Shown: positions 17,038 through 26,195 of the stretch, in pieces
Numbering within the stretch: the stretch's first letter is position 1
How the letters are laid out: each line of letters opens with the position of its first letter
Assembly: GCA_965197565.1 (NCBI GenBank)
Contig: CBDANK010000002.1
Span: forward strand, 655,095-719,094
Reading direction: 5' to 3'
Length of the DNA: 64,000 nucleotides
Source of the DNA: Dehalococcoidia bacterium
GTDB lineage: Bacteria > Chloroflexota > Dehalococcoidia > Lucifugimonadales > UBA3495
The notes under the pieces: model-generated
Told to the model about the DNA's origin: nothing
Seen by the model: the letters and a program-made list of their open reading frames with translations, nothing else
Databases searched by the model: none
Position numbers and translations under genes: made by a program

Positions 17038-18783
17038 ATGGCTCAATCGCCCCACGGCATCAATTTTGAAGCGCACCGCCCGGTGGTCATGGGCCGAAAG
17101 GGCATGGTCTGCGCCGGCCATCCCTTGGCGGCCCAAGCAGGGACTGCTATGCTGCAAAAGGGCGGCAACGCCGTGGATGCCGCCATAGCCACCGCCGCTG
17201 CTCTAAACGTGGTTGAGCCTTTGATGTCAGGAATAGGCGGTGACGGTTTCATCATGGTCTACCAAAAAGAGAGCGACCGGCTGGAGGTCTGCAACGGGAC
17301 CGGCGCCGCCCCCTATGCCGCTACCCCCGAGCGTTATCTGCCCCAGGGCATTCCCATGAAAGGCATTCTCTCGGTGTCGGTGCCCGGCCTGTTGGACGGG
17401 TGGCTGGCCGCCCATGAAAAATACGGCAGCCTATCCCTTGCCGAAGCCATGTCTCCAGCGATAGACCTGGCCCAAAACGGCTTTCCGGTCAGCCACGTTT
17501 TGGCCAAAGCCATCTCATCCGACCCGCTGCTCGGCCAGTTTCCAACCTCCCGGGCAATCTTCTGCCGAGAAGGACGTCCCCTGCGGGCCGGGGAACCCCT
17601 TTATCAAAAAGACCTGGCCAGGACTTTCCAAGCCATCGTCAGCGGCGGCCGGGAAGTTTTCTACGGCGGCGACCTGGGCCACGCCATAGTGAAGTTCGCT
17701 CAGGAGCAAGGAGGCTTGCTAACCCTGCAAGACTTGGCTGACTGCCGCGCCCAGTGGCAGGAACCGATCTCTACCGGATACCACGGTTACACTGTTTACG
17801 AAGCGCCCCCCAACTCCAGCGGCCATGTGCTGCTCCAAGAGTTGAGCTTGGTGGAGCAGTTCGACCTCAAGTCCCTGGGTTGCAATACCGCCGAAAGCAT
17901 CCATCTCATGGTGGAAGCCAAGAAGCTGGCATTTATCGACAGAGAAGCCTATGTGGCCGATCCCAGCTTCGTGGACGTTCCCATCCAGGGCCTGGTATCC
18001 AAGGAATATGCGCGGGAGAGAGCCGGGCTCATCGACCTCAGGCAGGCGGCCTCCCGGGTCTCCGCCGGCGAACCCTGGGGCCACCAATCCGGGCCGCAGA
18101 AACGCCTAGACGCTCCTGCCGCCAGTGTCGGCAGGCCAGAAGAGGACACAACCTGTTTCGTAGTAGTGGACCGATGGGGCAACGCCGTTTCCCAGCTCCA
18201 AAGCATCCAGAGTCCCTGGGGCTCCAGCTTGGTCGCGGGCGACACAGGAATTTTACTTAACAATCGCATGACCTACTGGCACTTGGACCCCGGCCACGTG
18301 AACTTCTTGCAACCAGGGAAACGGGTCCGTCACACTATGAATCCTGTGATGGTCTTCAAAGACGAAGATACACCGCACCAACGGGGGGTCTCCGGGGAAG
18401 CGGAGAAAGGGAAAGGCAAGCAACTGGCCCTCGTCTGCGGCACCCCGGGAGCCGACACCCAGGTCCAGACCAACCTCCAGGTCATTACCCACGTACTCGA
18501 CTTCGGGATGACGGTCGCCGAAGCAGTGGAGGCGCCCCGCTGGCGCAATACCCACAGTCCCACCGAGTCCACGGTCCCCCACGAGTGCGATGACCTACTC
18601 TACCTGGAAAACCGTTTTCACGACCGAGTCCGCGCCGGGCTATCCGCCAAGGGACACCAACTCAGCATCATCGGACCATGGGATGCCAGCGGCAGCGAAA
18701 TGATGATCCAGGTAGACCCGGAAACGGGCGCGCTGGGCGGCGCGGCCGACCCCCGGCGGGACGGCTACGCCATAGGCTGGTAA
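17038..18783 (+). CDS. ggt: gamma-glutamyltransferase
   Basis: 581 aa; autoprocessing threonine context EEDTTCFVVVDRWGNAVS and GILLNNRM. Confidence 0.9.
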   Translation: MAQSPHGINFEAHRPVVMGRKGMVCAGHPLAAQAGTAMLQKGGNAVDAAIATAAALNVVEPLMSGIGGDGFIMVYQKESDRLEVCNGTGAAPYAATPERYLPQGIPMKGILSVSVPGLLDGWLAAHEKYGSLSLAEAMSPAIDLAQNGFPVSHVLAKAISSDPLLGQFPTSRAIFCREGRPLRAGEPLYQKDLARTFQAIVSGGREVFYGGDLGHAIVKFAQEQGGLLTLQDLADCRAQWQEPISTGYHGYTVYEAPPNSSGHVLLQELSLVEQFDLKSLGCNTAESIHLMVEAKKLAFIDREAYVADPSFVDVPIQGLVSKEYARERAGLIDLRQAASRVSAGEPWGHQSGPQKRLDAPAASVGRPEEDTTCFVVVDRWGNAVSQLQSIQSPWGSSLVAGDTGILLNNRMTYWHLDPGHVNFLQPGKRVRHTMNPVMVFKDEDTPHQRGVSGEAEKGKGKQLALVCGTPGADTQVQTNLQVITHVLDFGMTVAEAVEAPRWRNTHSPTESTVPHECDDLLYLENRFHDRVRAGLSAKGHQLSIIGPWDASGSEMMIQVDPETGALGGAADPRRDGYAIGW

Positions 18784-18800
18784 AGCAGGCCGGCGGTTAA

Positions 18801-19283
18801 ATGAAAATTCCCGGAGATAAAAGAAGCCAATACCCCGACGATTGCGGCCACCGGGCCGGTGTCTTCGCCGAGGCCATTCGCGACGGCGACATGGACTTGG
18901 CCTGGGCCATGCTCTCCAAAGAAACCAGGGGTATGCGAATGGGAGTGTGGGCCACCCGGAACAAAATCGACATGCAAATCGCTTATCGCGCCGGGTACGA
19001 CACGGCTCATCCCATGCGGGCTTCAATGATGGAAGACTTCCGCAACACCGTGCTGCGGCTCTGGCCCTTGGAGGACCTGACCGATTTGGGCGTCTCCCCG
19101 ACCAGCTACATAGACGACGAGCACGCTTTCGCTTTTCTCCCCTTCGGCGTGTCCCACGTCCCGGTCAGCACTGCGCAACGCAGGCTGATGAACGGGTTGA
19201 TCCTGCCCATGTTGTTGGAAGACGCGGAGTGGCGGGTAGACCTTCCCGGCTGGCGTTTCTTTAACCCGGAAAGCCGGGAGTAG
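18801..19283 (+). CDS. hypothetical protein
   Basis: 160-aa ORF with normal composition, 2 nt upstream of the HNH gene. No family recognised. Confidence 0.45.
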   Translation: MKIPGDKRSQYPDDCGHRAGVFAEAIRDGDMDLAWAMLSKETRGMRMGVWATRNKIDMQIAYRAGYDTAHPMRASMMEDFRNTVLRLWPLEDLTDLGVSPTSYIDDEHAFAFLPFGVSHVPVSTAQRRLMNGLILPMLLEDAEWRVDLPGWRFFNPESRE

Positions 19284-19285
19284 TC

Positions 19286-19624
19286 TTGGCGCGAAACCAA
19301 ACCACTAGGGGCTCTACGGAAGGGACCGGACTCTCTCCCAACGGCCACGCCAGGTGCGAGCTTTGCTTGCGCCAGTCAAACAGCTACACCGTACATCACT
19401 TGATCCCTCGTTCCAGGGGAGGCAGGTTTGGCCCGAAAGCAAAGTTGTGCCCAACCTGCCACCGGCAGTTGCACGCCCTGTTCTCCGAGGCGACGCTGGC
19501 CCGGGAACTCAACTCCATAGAGTCGATCCGCGTCAATCCTGAGATGGCCGGCTATCTGAACTGGGTCCGCAAACAAAAGGGCCCAACCAGCTTCCGGGTG
19601 CGCCGTTCCAACCAGCGTCGTTAA
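19286..19624 (+). CDS. HNH endonuclease domain protein
   Basis: CELC...HHLIPRSRGG...CPTCHRQLH is a Cys4 + HNH core. Confidence 0.7.
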   Translation: MARNQTTRGSTEGTGLSPNGHARCELCLRQSNSYTVHHLIPRSRGGRFGPKAKLCPTCHRQLHALFSEATLARELNSIESIRVNPEMAGYLNWVRKQKGPTSFRVRRSNQRR

Positions 19625-19673
19625 AATTCCCGTCTTGTGCAACCCAGACCGACCCACTATACTGCCTGGTACC

Positions 19674-20345
19674 ATGGCAGAACCGTACGAAACACCTGCT
19701 GGCGATCCGGTCTCCCTGCCCCTGTTCCCGCTAAACGTGGTGCTGTTTCCCGGCATGACCTTGCCGCTTCACATCTTTGAGGAAAGATACAAGGCTATGA
19801 TCGGAGACTGCATCGATAGGGAACAACCCTTCGGTATTGTACTGATCAAGGAAGGCCGTGAGGCGGGGGAACCGGCGCGGCCTTTTTCAATAGGCACCAC
19901 AGCCCGGATTGGTCGCGTGGAGCGTTTGGCCGAGGGCCGCATGAACATCCTCACCACCGGGGAACGGCGCTTCGAGACCACCGAGATCAACCAACAACGG
20001 CCTCATCTGATCGGTCAAGTCAGATACTTGGAGGAGCCGGAGGGGGAGATTCCTTCCGCCTTGGTCTCTGAAATAAGTGAGGAGTACTCCACATTCTTGC
20101 AAAACTTGTCCGCCCTAGCGGGCGGATGGACGGGCCGGGTGGAAGCCCCCGACGACCCGGTCCGCTTGTCCTACAGCATCGCCACCAACCTGGACCTACC
20201 GGGACGGGTACGCCAAGAGTTGTTGGAATCGCTCACCGCTGACCAGCGATTGCAGCGACTGCTGCCCCTCATCAAAAGAGGCAACCAGGCTCTACAGGAA
20301 GAAGTGGTCAAGCGCAACCCCTTTCAGGGTCCCCGCCTCAACTAG
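19674..20345 (+). CDS. LON substrate-binding (LonN-like) domain protein
   Basis: LPLFPLNVVLFPGMTLPLHIFEERYKAM is the canonical Lon N-terminal domain opening. ATG at 19674. Confidence 0.75.
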   Translation: MAEPYETPAGDPVSLPLFPLNVVLFPGMTLPLHIFEERYKAMIGDCIDREQPFGIVLIKEGREAGEPARPFSIGTTARIGRVERLAEGRMNILTTGERRFETTEINQQRPHLIGQVRYLEEPEGEIPSALVSEISEEYSTFLQNLSALAGGWTGRVEAPDDPVRLSYSIATNLDLPGRVRQELLESLTADQRLQRLLPLIKRGNQALQEEVVKRNPFQGPRLN

Positions 20346-20479
20346 CTGCTCCGTTTCCCAAACCCTACAAAGATTCGCGGTATCCTGCCGTTACCCTGAA
20401 GGTCCTGAGAGGGTTTCCAATTCCCCCAATTGCTATGCAAGCCCTTGATAAACTATATGCAATAGTATATACGTTAGGC

Positions 20480-20665
20480 ATGGAAACGAACCGGGAGGCG
20501 ATTCGGCGGCGATTGGAACGAGAGGGTTGGGTGATAGTACGCCGCGGCAAGCATGATATTTACCGGCATGAGAACTCGGCTGAGACTATACCGTTGCCTA
20601 GACATCGTACGGTCTCCTTAGGAGTTGCCCGACTGATATACAGAAAGGCAGGATGGGTAAAATGA
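20480..20665 (+). CDS. hicA: HicA-family type II toxin
   Basis: 61 aa; LEREGWVIVRRGKHDIYRH...IPLPRHRTVSLGVARLIYRKAGW follows the HicA/YcfA pattern. Confidence 0.7.
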   Translation: METNREAIRRRLEREGWVIVRRGKHDIYRHENSAETIPLPRHRTVSLGVARLIYRKAGWVK

Positions 20666-20919
20666 GCGTGACGACTATGACCAAGTATCCGGCAATCATC
20701 GACGGAGAGCGGGGCGCCTATGGGGTTGTTATACCCGATCTGGGGGCCTGTGGCATGGGAGCAACGGTCGATGAGGCTCTGGCCGACGCCACTCAGGCGC
20801 TGCCGGAGTATCTAGCGGTATTGCGCGAGCATGGCGAGGACATTCCTTCGCCCAGCGCGTTGGAGGACATTGCACTCGCCCATGGCGAGATGCTCGCCTA
20901 CGTAATTCTGGAGGAGTAG
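20662..20919 (+). CDS. hicB: HicB-family antitoxin (N-terminal domain only)
   Basis: ATGA overlap with hicA. YPAIIDGERGAYGVVIPDLGACGMGATVDEAL... is HicB-like. Confidence 0.7.
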   Translation: MSVTTMTKYPAIIDGERGAYGVVIPDLGACGMGATVDEALADATQALPEYLAVLREHGEDIPSPSALEDIALAHGEMLAYVILEE

Positions 20920-20927
20920 GCAGAGCA

Positions 20928-21137
20928 ATGACGGAAAATCTCATATCCAGCCGACAGGCTGCCGAGCAACTCGGCGTATCACAGATTCGAGTCCAGCAAT
21001 TGCTTGCAGCAGGCCGTGTTGTTGGGGCTAAGCGCGTAGGGCGTTCTTGGATAATACCAACGCCTGTGCGGTTGATTCCTGGCTCCCGTGGCCCTTGCGG
21101 AGTGTCGGATACTCAAGTATTTAGTTCCGCTCTGTAA
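20928..21137 (+). CDS. helix-turn-helix DNA-binding protein
   Basis: 69 aa; SSRQAAEQLGVSQIRVQQLLAAGRV is an excisionase/MerR-type HTH. Sits 8 nt after hicB. Confidence 0.55.
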   Translation: MTENLISSRQAAEQLGVSQIRVQQLLAAGRVVGAKRVGRSWIIPTPVRLIPGSRGPCGVSDTQVFSSAL

Positions 21138-21274
21138 ACCCATATATGACATACCGTAAACTAGGGAATTCCGCTCTGAAAATACCCACCCCGCAATTCC
21201 CGCGCAGGCGGGAATGACCGGGTTGATTTCATTCAAATGCGCTTGCCCTGCTCTTGCTGCGGCGTTCCCCGTAG

Positions 21275-21658
21275 TCAGCGGCCCGGCGCAAGAAGAGCCT
21301 GCCCCGTTACCCGGCGGACGAACTCGGCCACTATGGCGCGGTCCTGAGCAATGGTGAATTCCTCCATAAAGTTGTGATAGAAGTTGGCATGAAACTTCTC
21401 GGCCACGGAAAACCCCGCCGCCAAGGATGGGTCGGAGCTTTCGTCGGCCAAAGCAGCGACGGCTCTACCCAAGGCGTAGTGTTGGCCGAACTCCCAGCCC
21501 CGCTCTTTGGCTGCGGCCATGACGGCATGAGATGCGGCCCCCCATAACTTTTCCGAGGCTTGCAGGACACCCCCGGCATCGAATTCCCGGCCAGATTCCT
21601 CCAGGAACTCCAAAGCGGTCCGGACATGTTCCTCGACAGACATCTCTCGCGTAGTCAT
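21275..21658 (-). CDS. PaREP1-like / HEPN-like helical protein
   Basis: 127 aa from ATG 21658; ALEFLEESGREFDAGGVLQASEKLWGAASHAVMAAAKERGW resembles the PaREP1 family. The 237-aa version has an Arg/Gly-rich N-terminus and is rejected. Confidence 0.45.
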   Translation of the reverse strand: MTTREMSVEEHVRTALEFLEESGREFDAGGVLQASEKLWGAASHAVMAAAKERGWEFGQHYALGRAVAALADESSDPSLAAGFSVAEKFHANFYHNFMEEFTIAQDRAIVAEFVRRVTGQALLAPGR

Positions 21659-21687
21659 AGCTGGCTCTCCAAGAACCCTGTGCGCAG

Positions 21688-22623
21688 CTAGGTCCTGACC
21701 AGGTTGCCGTAGATACGCAGCCCGCCGGACTCGGGGATCATTCCCGAAAACAGCCCCGGATGGATCATCTCCGCCAATATCTCCAGGCCAACCACCAACC
21801 TGGGGCCGGCCCGGCTGGTGTAGGAACTGGCGTCGATTACGTACACTCGTTCGTTGCGGACCGCCGGCAGGTCGGCCCATTCCTCTCTTTCGGCCAACAG
21901 AGGAACGTCTTGAAGCCCTCTCTTTACGCCGTATCCGCAGGGCATGAAGATGATAACCTCGGGCTGGCTCTCCACGATTTTGTCCCACTCCAGTGGGAAG
22001 GAGCCCGTCTCCTTATCTCCAAAGCAGTTGGCCCCTCCGGCCATCTCCACCATTTCCGGGACCCAATGGCCGCTGCACATCAGAGGCTCCACCCACTCCA
22101 AGGTCAGCACCCTGGGCCGGTCCGCCGCCAGGGAGGCCCGCTCCGCCACTGCGTCGATTCGGGCCTGCATCCGCGATACCACAGACTCAGCCTTCTTTTC
22201 TGCGCCCGTCACTTGCCCCACCCTACGGATGTCCTCCAGCACATCTCCAACATACTGGGGGTCCAAGGACAATACCTCCGGTTGTTTGGGTAGTCCGACG
22301 CTGGCCTCGGCTACCTGCCGAGTGGAGATGGCTCAAACCTCGCAGATCGCTTGAGTCAGCAGCAGGTCGGGTTCAGCCGCCTCGAGGACGTCTTGGTCGA
22401 TCTCGTAAATGCCCAGCCCTTGCTGAAGCCTTTCCGAAATGATCCGGTTGACCTCGGCGCTGCTGGGCTGCTCCCCCTCTTTGAAGACGCTGCGCACCAC
22501 GTGGGAACGGTTGCGAGCTGCGGGAGGGTAATCGCATTCGTGGGTCACTCCGAACAGATTATCATCCAAGCCCAGAGTATATACGATTTCGGTTGCGCTG
22601 GGAAGGAAGGAACAGATTCTCAT
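21688..22623 (-). CDS. BtuF/TroA-like (class III periplasmic-binding-protein fold, no signal peptide) protein; candidate selenoprotein with in-frame TGA at 22333..22335
   Basis: Two same-frame ORFs are joined by one TGA plus 20 sense codons. The full-length family match exists only when read through. C-E-V-[TGA] gives CxxU, and a hairpin CUCGGC-AGGUA-GCCGAG starts 11 nt downstream. Confidence 0.6.
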
Positions 22624-22680
22624 AGACCCTCCGCAAGTATGGCTGTATCAAAGCAATTGAGGAAATGAACGCCGCCTACC

Positions 22681-22783
22681 GTAACCCTTCAGATTTGATG
22701 GGAGTCGGTCCTTCGACTCCGCTGCGCTGCGCTCAGGATGAGCGGTTTCTTGTGAGTGCGCTCGCCAACTCTGAACAGTTACC
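22681..22783. repeat. intergenic repeat family F, copy 1
   Basis: Related to the reverse complement of 39175..39300 (cgtaac..ttcagattt...tccttcgactccgctgcgctcaggatgagcgg...ctctgaacagttac). Confidence 0.5.
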
Positions 22784-22863
22784 TCCTACCGCCTCTTTTC
22801 AGCATGGGCCACCAGCTCCACAGTGGTGTCCGCGGTCGCCACGGCGACCGAACCGTACAATGG

Positions 22864-23223
22864 TCAACGCCGCTTCCAGGTTTCCACCAACTGGTGGGCC
22901 TGATCGTCGTCCACTCCCCACATCTCGAAGTTGACTCGTATGGCTTCGTAAACGGTGCGTTCTCCCAGGGCTTTGTCCGGGTCCCGCCATGCTTCGGCGC
23001 CAACGTCCATCCAGTCCAGATCAATCTGGCCCTCGTTGGCTAAACGCTCCACCATGTTGACGGCGCAAGCCGTGATTCCGGATAGGAAAAGTTCACCCGC
23101 GCCCACTTCCTCTCCGCCGGCGTCATCGGCCACGAAGTGGTGAGTCCTTGCGTTGCAGATGGCGCGGCCTAAAGTCCCGGTGCTGTAGCTTCGTACTTTG
23201 TAGGCCAAGGTAAGTTCGTTCAT
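22864..23223 (-). CDS. OsmC-family protein
   Basis: 119 aa; Cys-containing segments GRAICNAR and GITACAVNMV in OsmC/Ohr-like spacing. Confidence 0.7.
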   Translation of the reverse strand: MNELTLAYKVRSYSTGTLGRAICNARTHHFVADDAGGEEVGAGELFLSGITACAVNMVERLANEGQIDLDWMDVGAEAWRDPDKALGERTVYEAIRVNFEMWGVDDDQAHQLVETWKRR

Positions 23224-23320
23224 TGCTTCCTCGCTTTTGCTCTCTGTAATTCTCAGCAGCCCAGGTCAACCACCAAGAGCCTGTCTAGCAATCTCGCCGG
23301 TGACTCTCTTCTCCCGCGAA

Positions 23321-23600
23321 GAGAGACCTTTGCATAACCCCCACCCCTGTCATTGTTATGAAAATAGCTTATTTTCATCGCCCTTGTATGGCCTCCGTAA
23401 GGCCATGTCATTCCGAACGCAGCGAAGCCCTTCGGCTGCTCTCAGGATAAGCTCCGTGAGGAATCTCAAACCTATGTCAGCAAGCACTGGGTCTGTAGCT
23501 GGACCGACGCGGCGACTCTGGCCCAACGTCTTAGATTCCTCCCTCCGGTCGGAATGACAGGGTTGAGCCGGGCGGAATGACAAATTGAGCGGCCAGGTCA
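23321..23600. repeat. MITE-like element family A, copy 2 (empty B site, nested C unit at 23349..23406)
   Basis: Collinear with A1. It contains the uninterrupted cgtcttagattcc site and carries a 58-bp two-hairpin unit before gtcattccgaacgc. The right terminus is degenerate. Confidence 0.6.
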
Positions 23601-23834
23601 ATTCCAAGGGCTGCCCCTACATTTCGGCATCGCGGCCATCGTAGGGGCGCCCCTTGTGGGCGTCCAGTCGCCGTGCCTAGTCAAAATGTGATTCCCCTAC
23701 CTTTCAGCCCCGTCGGCTAGTATTCTACCTTTGCCCGTTCCCAGCCACAAGCGCGGACCAACTTTGACACCAACCCAACTAGATGCCTATCATAGTGTCA
23801 AGCCCCTGGTTCCGGGTCTCGGGAGGTACACTCG

Positions 23835-24284
23835 ATGGCTACTATACCAGAACTAAAAGAGCAGTACGAAGACCTTGACCTTAGGCTGACCCTCAAGGAT
23901 GAGTCGGCCATAGACACCCGGTGCTTGCTCACTTTCCCATACGATTACCCTGAGCAAGAGTCGCAAATCGACATGGACACCGACGAATTTACCGCCCTCT
24001 GCCCTTGGACCGGGTTGCCGGACTATGGGACCCTGAAAATCTCCTACGCGCCGGGGGGAAGCTGTATTGAGCTGAAATCGCTGAAATACTACCTTCTGTC
24101 CTTCCGTGACGTGGGAATCGTCCAAGAACATGCTGTCAATCGAATTCTCAAGGACTTGGTGGAGGTATGTCTTCCCAGGCACATGACCGTGACCTTGGAT
24201 TACAAAGTGCGGGGCGGCATCCATACATCCGTTTCGGTGCAATACCCGAATGGCGGCGCAAGACATGCATCTGATAAGAATTGA
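23835..24284 (+). CDS. queF: NADPH-dependent 7-cyano-7-deazaguanine reductase
   Basis: TALCPWTGLPDYGTLKISY and IELKSLKYYLLSFR are QueF signature segments. Confidence 0.85.
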   Translation: MATIPELKEQYEDLDLRLTLKDESAIDTRCLLTFPYDYPEQESQIDMDTDEFTALCPWTGLPDYGTLKISYAPGGSCIELKSLKYYLLSFRDVGIVQEHAVNRILKDLVEVCLPRHMTVTLDYKVRGGIHTSVSVQYPNGGARHASDKN

Positions 24285-24684
24285 GATTAGCTTCGACAGC
24301 GGCCATCGCTTGCTGGACTACCAGGGTAAGTGCGCTTTTCCTCACGGCCACACTTATCGCGCCGAGGTCTTCCTCGAAGCTTCCTCTTTGGACTCTTTGG
24401 GACTGGTGTTCGACTTCACCGAGCTTAGAGGCCGCGTCAAGTCTTGGATCGACGCTAACTGGGACCATGCGTTTCTGGTCAATGCCAGGGACACCGAGTT
24501 GATCGCGGGCCTGGAACCGGTGGCCCAAGGCAAGCTATACCGGTTCGACGGTGACAATCCTACGGCCGAAGTGATGAGCAGAGAGCTTTACAAGACGGTA
24601 AGGGACCTTTGCGGGGTGAAGCCGGCCAAAGTGAGACTCTGGGAATCGGACAACCAATACGCCGAGTTCCACGAGGGAGAGTGA
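24265..24684 (+). CDS. queD: 6-carboxy-5,6,7,8-tetrahydropterin synthase
   Basis: FDSGHRLLDYQGKCAFPHGHTY is the PTPS/QueD zinc-ligand motif. Overlaps the end of queF. Confidence 0.85.
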   Translation: MHLIRIEISFDSGHRLLDYQGKCAFPHGHTYRAEVFLEASSLDSLGLVFDFTELRGRVKSWIDANWDHAFLVNARDTELIAGLEPVAQGKLYRFDGDNPTAEVMSRELYKTVRDLCGVKPAKVRLWESDNQYAEFHEGE

Positions 24685-24685
24685 T

Positions 24686-25435
24686 ATGCCCACCCGTTAC
24701 GGCGTGAGCCTACTCTCCGGAGGGTTGGACTCCACCACCGTCACCGCATACGCCCTCAGAGTGACCGACGACCTGACTGCTGTCACTTTCCAATACGGCC
24801 AAAGCCATAGCAAGGAAGTGGACTGCGCCATAGAGGTAGCCGATGCCCTGGGCATCCGGTGTCATCTTTTGGACATCTCCTTTTTTCGTCAAGTGGCCTG
24901 GTACTCGGCTCTTACCAATCCGGACCGTTTCCCCATTCCACAAGACCGGGCCGCCGCGGAAATGGGCGCCAGCATCCCCATTACCTATGTCCCGCTGCGG
25001 AACACCTTTTTCCTGGCCTTGGCCGCCGCTTTCTTGGAAAGCAATATTCTTCACGCCATTGAGGTAGAGGGGGCCGACCCTGGCTCGGTTGAAGCGTACC
25101 TTTTCATGGCGCCCAACGCCATAGACTACAGCGGCTACCCGGACTGCCGCCCGGAGTATTTCCACCGGATGTCGCAAGCCCTTGGCTACGGCAGTAAGGT
25201 CTGGACGGAATACAACATCCCATTACGGGTGGAAACACCCATAATTGACAAGTCCAAGGCCGACATCGTGAGGATGGGTGTCGAGTTGAAGGCTCCTCTG
25301 GAACTTACTTGGAGCTGCTACCAGGGAGGCCAAACCCCGTGCCGCTCCTGCGATAGCTGCATCCTGCGGGCCAAGGGATTTCAGGAAGCGGGGGCGCCGG
25401 ACCCTCTGCTGCAACGGTTGGGAGTGATTCCTTAA
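24686..25435 (+). CDS. queC: 7-cyano-7-deazaguanine synthase
   Basis: SLLSGGLDSTTV PP-loop and C-terminal WSCY...C..C.SC zinc cluster. Confidence 0.9.
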   Translation: MPTRYGVSLLSGGLDSTTVTAYALRVTDDLTAVTFQYGQSHSKEVDCAIEVADALGIRCHLLDISFFRQVAWYSALTNPDRFPIPQDRAAAEMGASIPITYVPLRNTFFLALAAAFLESNILHAIEVEGADPGSVEAYLFMAPNAIDYSGYPDCRPEYFHRMSQALGYGSKVWTEYNIPLRVETPIIDKSKADIVRMGVELKAPLELTWSCYQGGQTPCRSCDSCILRAKGFQEAGAPDPLLQRLGVIP

Positions 25436-26143
25436 ATGCTGCGAGTAAGCAAGCAGCCCAACGGGCAGCCGGAAATCTTTTACTCCCTCCAGGGTGAAGG
25501 GGCCAACACGGGCGCCGCCTCGGTCTTCCTCCGGCTGTCTACTTGCAACCTGGCCTGCAGTTGGTGTGACACCAAGTACACCTGGGACTGGGAGCATTAC
25601 GACTACGGCTTGGAAGTGGCGTCCTTGGAGCCCAGCCAAGTCGAAGCCCGCGTCCTGAGCTTTGGGTGCCGCCGGTTGATCATCACCGGCGGCGAGCCGT
25701 TGCTGCAACAACGACAACTGGCGCCCCTGGTAGCCTCCCTCAAGGACCAAGACTTCCAGTTCGAGGTGGAGACCAACGGCACCATTGTTCCCCAGCCTGA
25801 GTTGGTGCGGGACATAGACCAGTGGAATGTATCGCCCAAGTTAGCCACCTCGGGCAACACCGGGGAACGGCGGGACCAGAGGCGGGCAATGTATGCTTTC
25901 TGCCGGTTGCCCAACGCCTACTTCAAATTCGTAGTGACTGAACCCAGTGACGTTGACGAGGTCTGCCGCCTCCGCGACAAGTATGGCTTGGTCAATCAAC
26001 GAATTATCCTGATGCCCGAGGGCACCACGGTTCAGAATATCCAGCGGCGAAGCCCGTGGGTCTCCGAAGCCTGCGTCAAAGAGGGCTTCCGTTTCTCCAC
26101 CAGGCTGCATATCCTGCTCTGGGGCGACAAGCGGGGCCAGTGA
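25436..26143 (+). CDS. queE: 7-carboxy-7-deazaguanine synthase (radical SAM)
   Basis: FYSLQGEG...FLRLSTCNLACSWCDTKYTW is the QueE CX14CX2C-type cluster region. Confidence 0.85.
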   Translation: MLRVSKQPNGQPEIFYSLQGEGANTGAASVFLRLSTCNLACSWCDTKYTWDWEHYDYGLEVASLEPSQVEARVLSFGCRRLIITGGEPLLQQRQLAPLVASLKDQDFQFEVETNGTIVPQPELVRDIDQWNVSPKLATSGNTGERRDQRRAMYAFCRLPNAYFKFVVTEPSDVDEVCRLRDKYGLVNQRIILMPEGTTVQNIQRRSPWVSEACVKEGFRFSTRLHILLWGDKRGQ

Positions 26144-26195
26144 TTCGATGGGTCTCTGGGACCGTCATTGGTCCGTAGAGCTTTGTTGGACCGCC

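Noticed and set aside
21275-21988. 237-aa version of the PaREP1-like ORF overlapping the binding-protein gene
   Set aside because: The N-terminal 110 residues are Arg/Gly-rich and overlap the 3' part of 21688..22623 on the same strand in another frame. The ATG at 21658 gives a 127-aa all-helical protein.
23700-23834. preQ1 riboswitch upstream of queF-queD-queC-queE
   Set aside because: I looked for the preQ1-I hairpin followed by an A-rich tail ending in CUA(A/G)GG, and for preQ1-II/III features. Only ttgacaccaacccaactagatg and an 7-8-bp inverted repeat (ttgacac...gtgtcaa) are present, with no convincing match. An Infernal scan would be needed to settle it.
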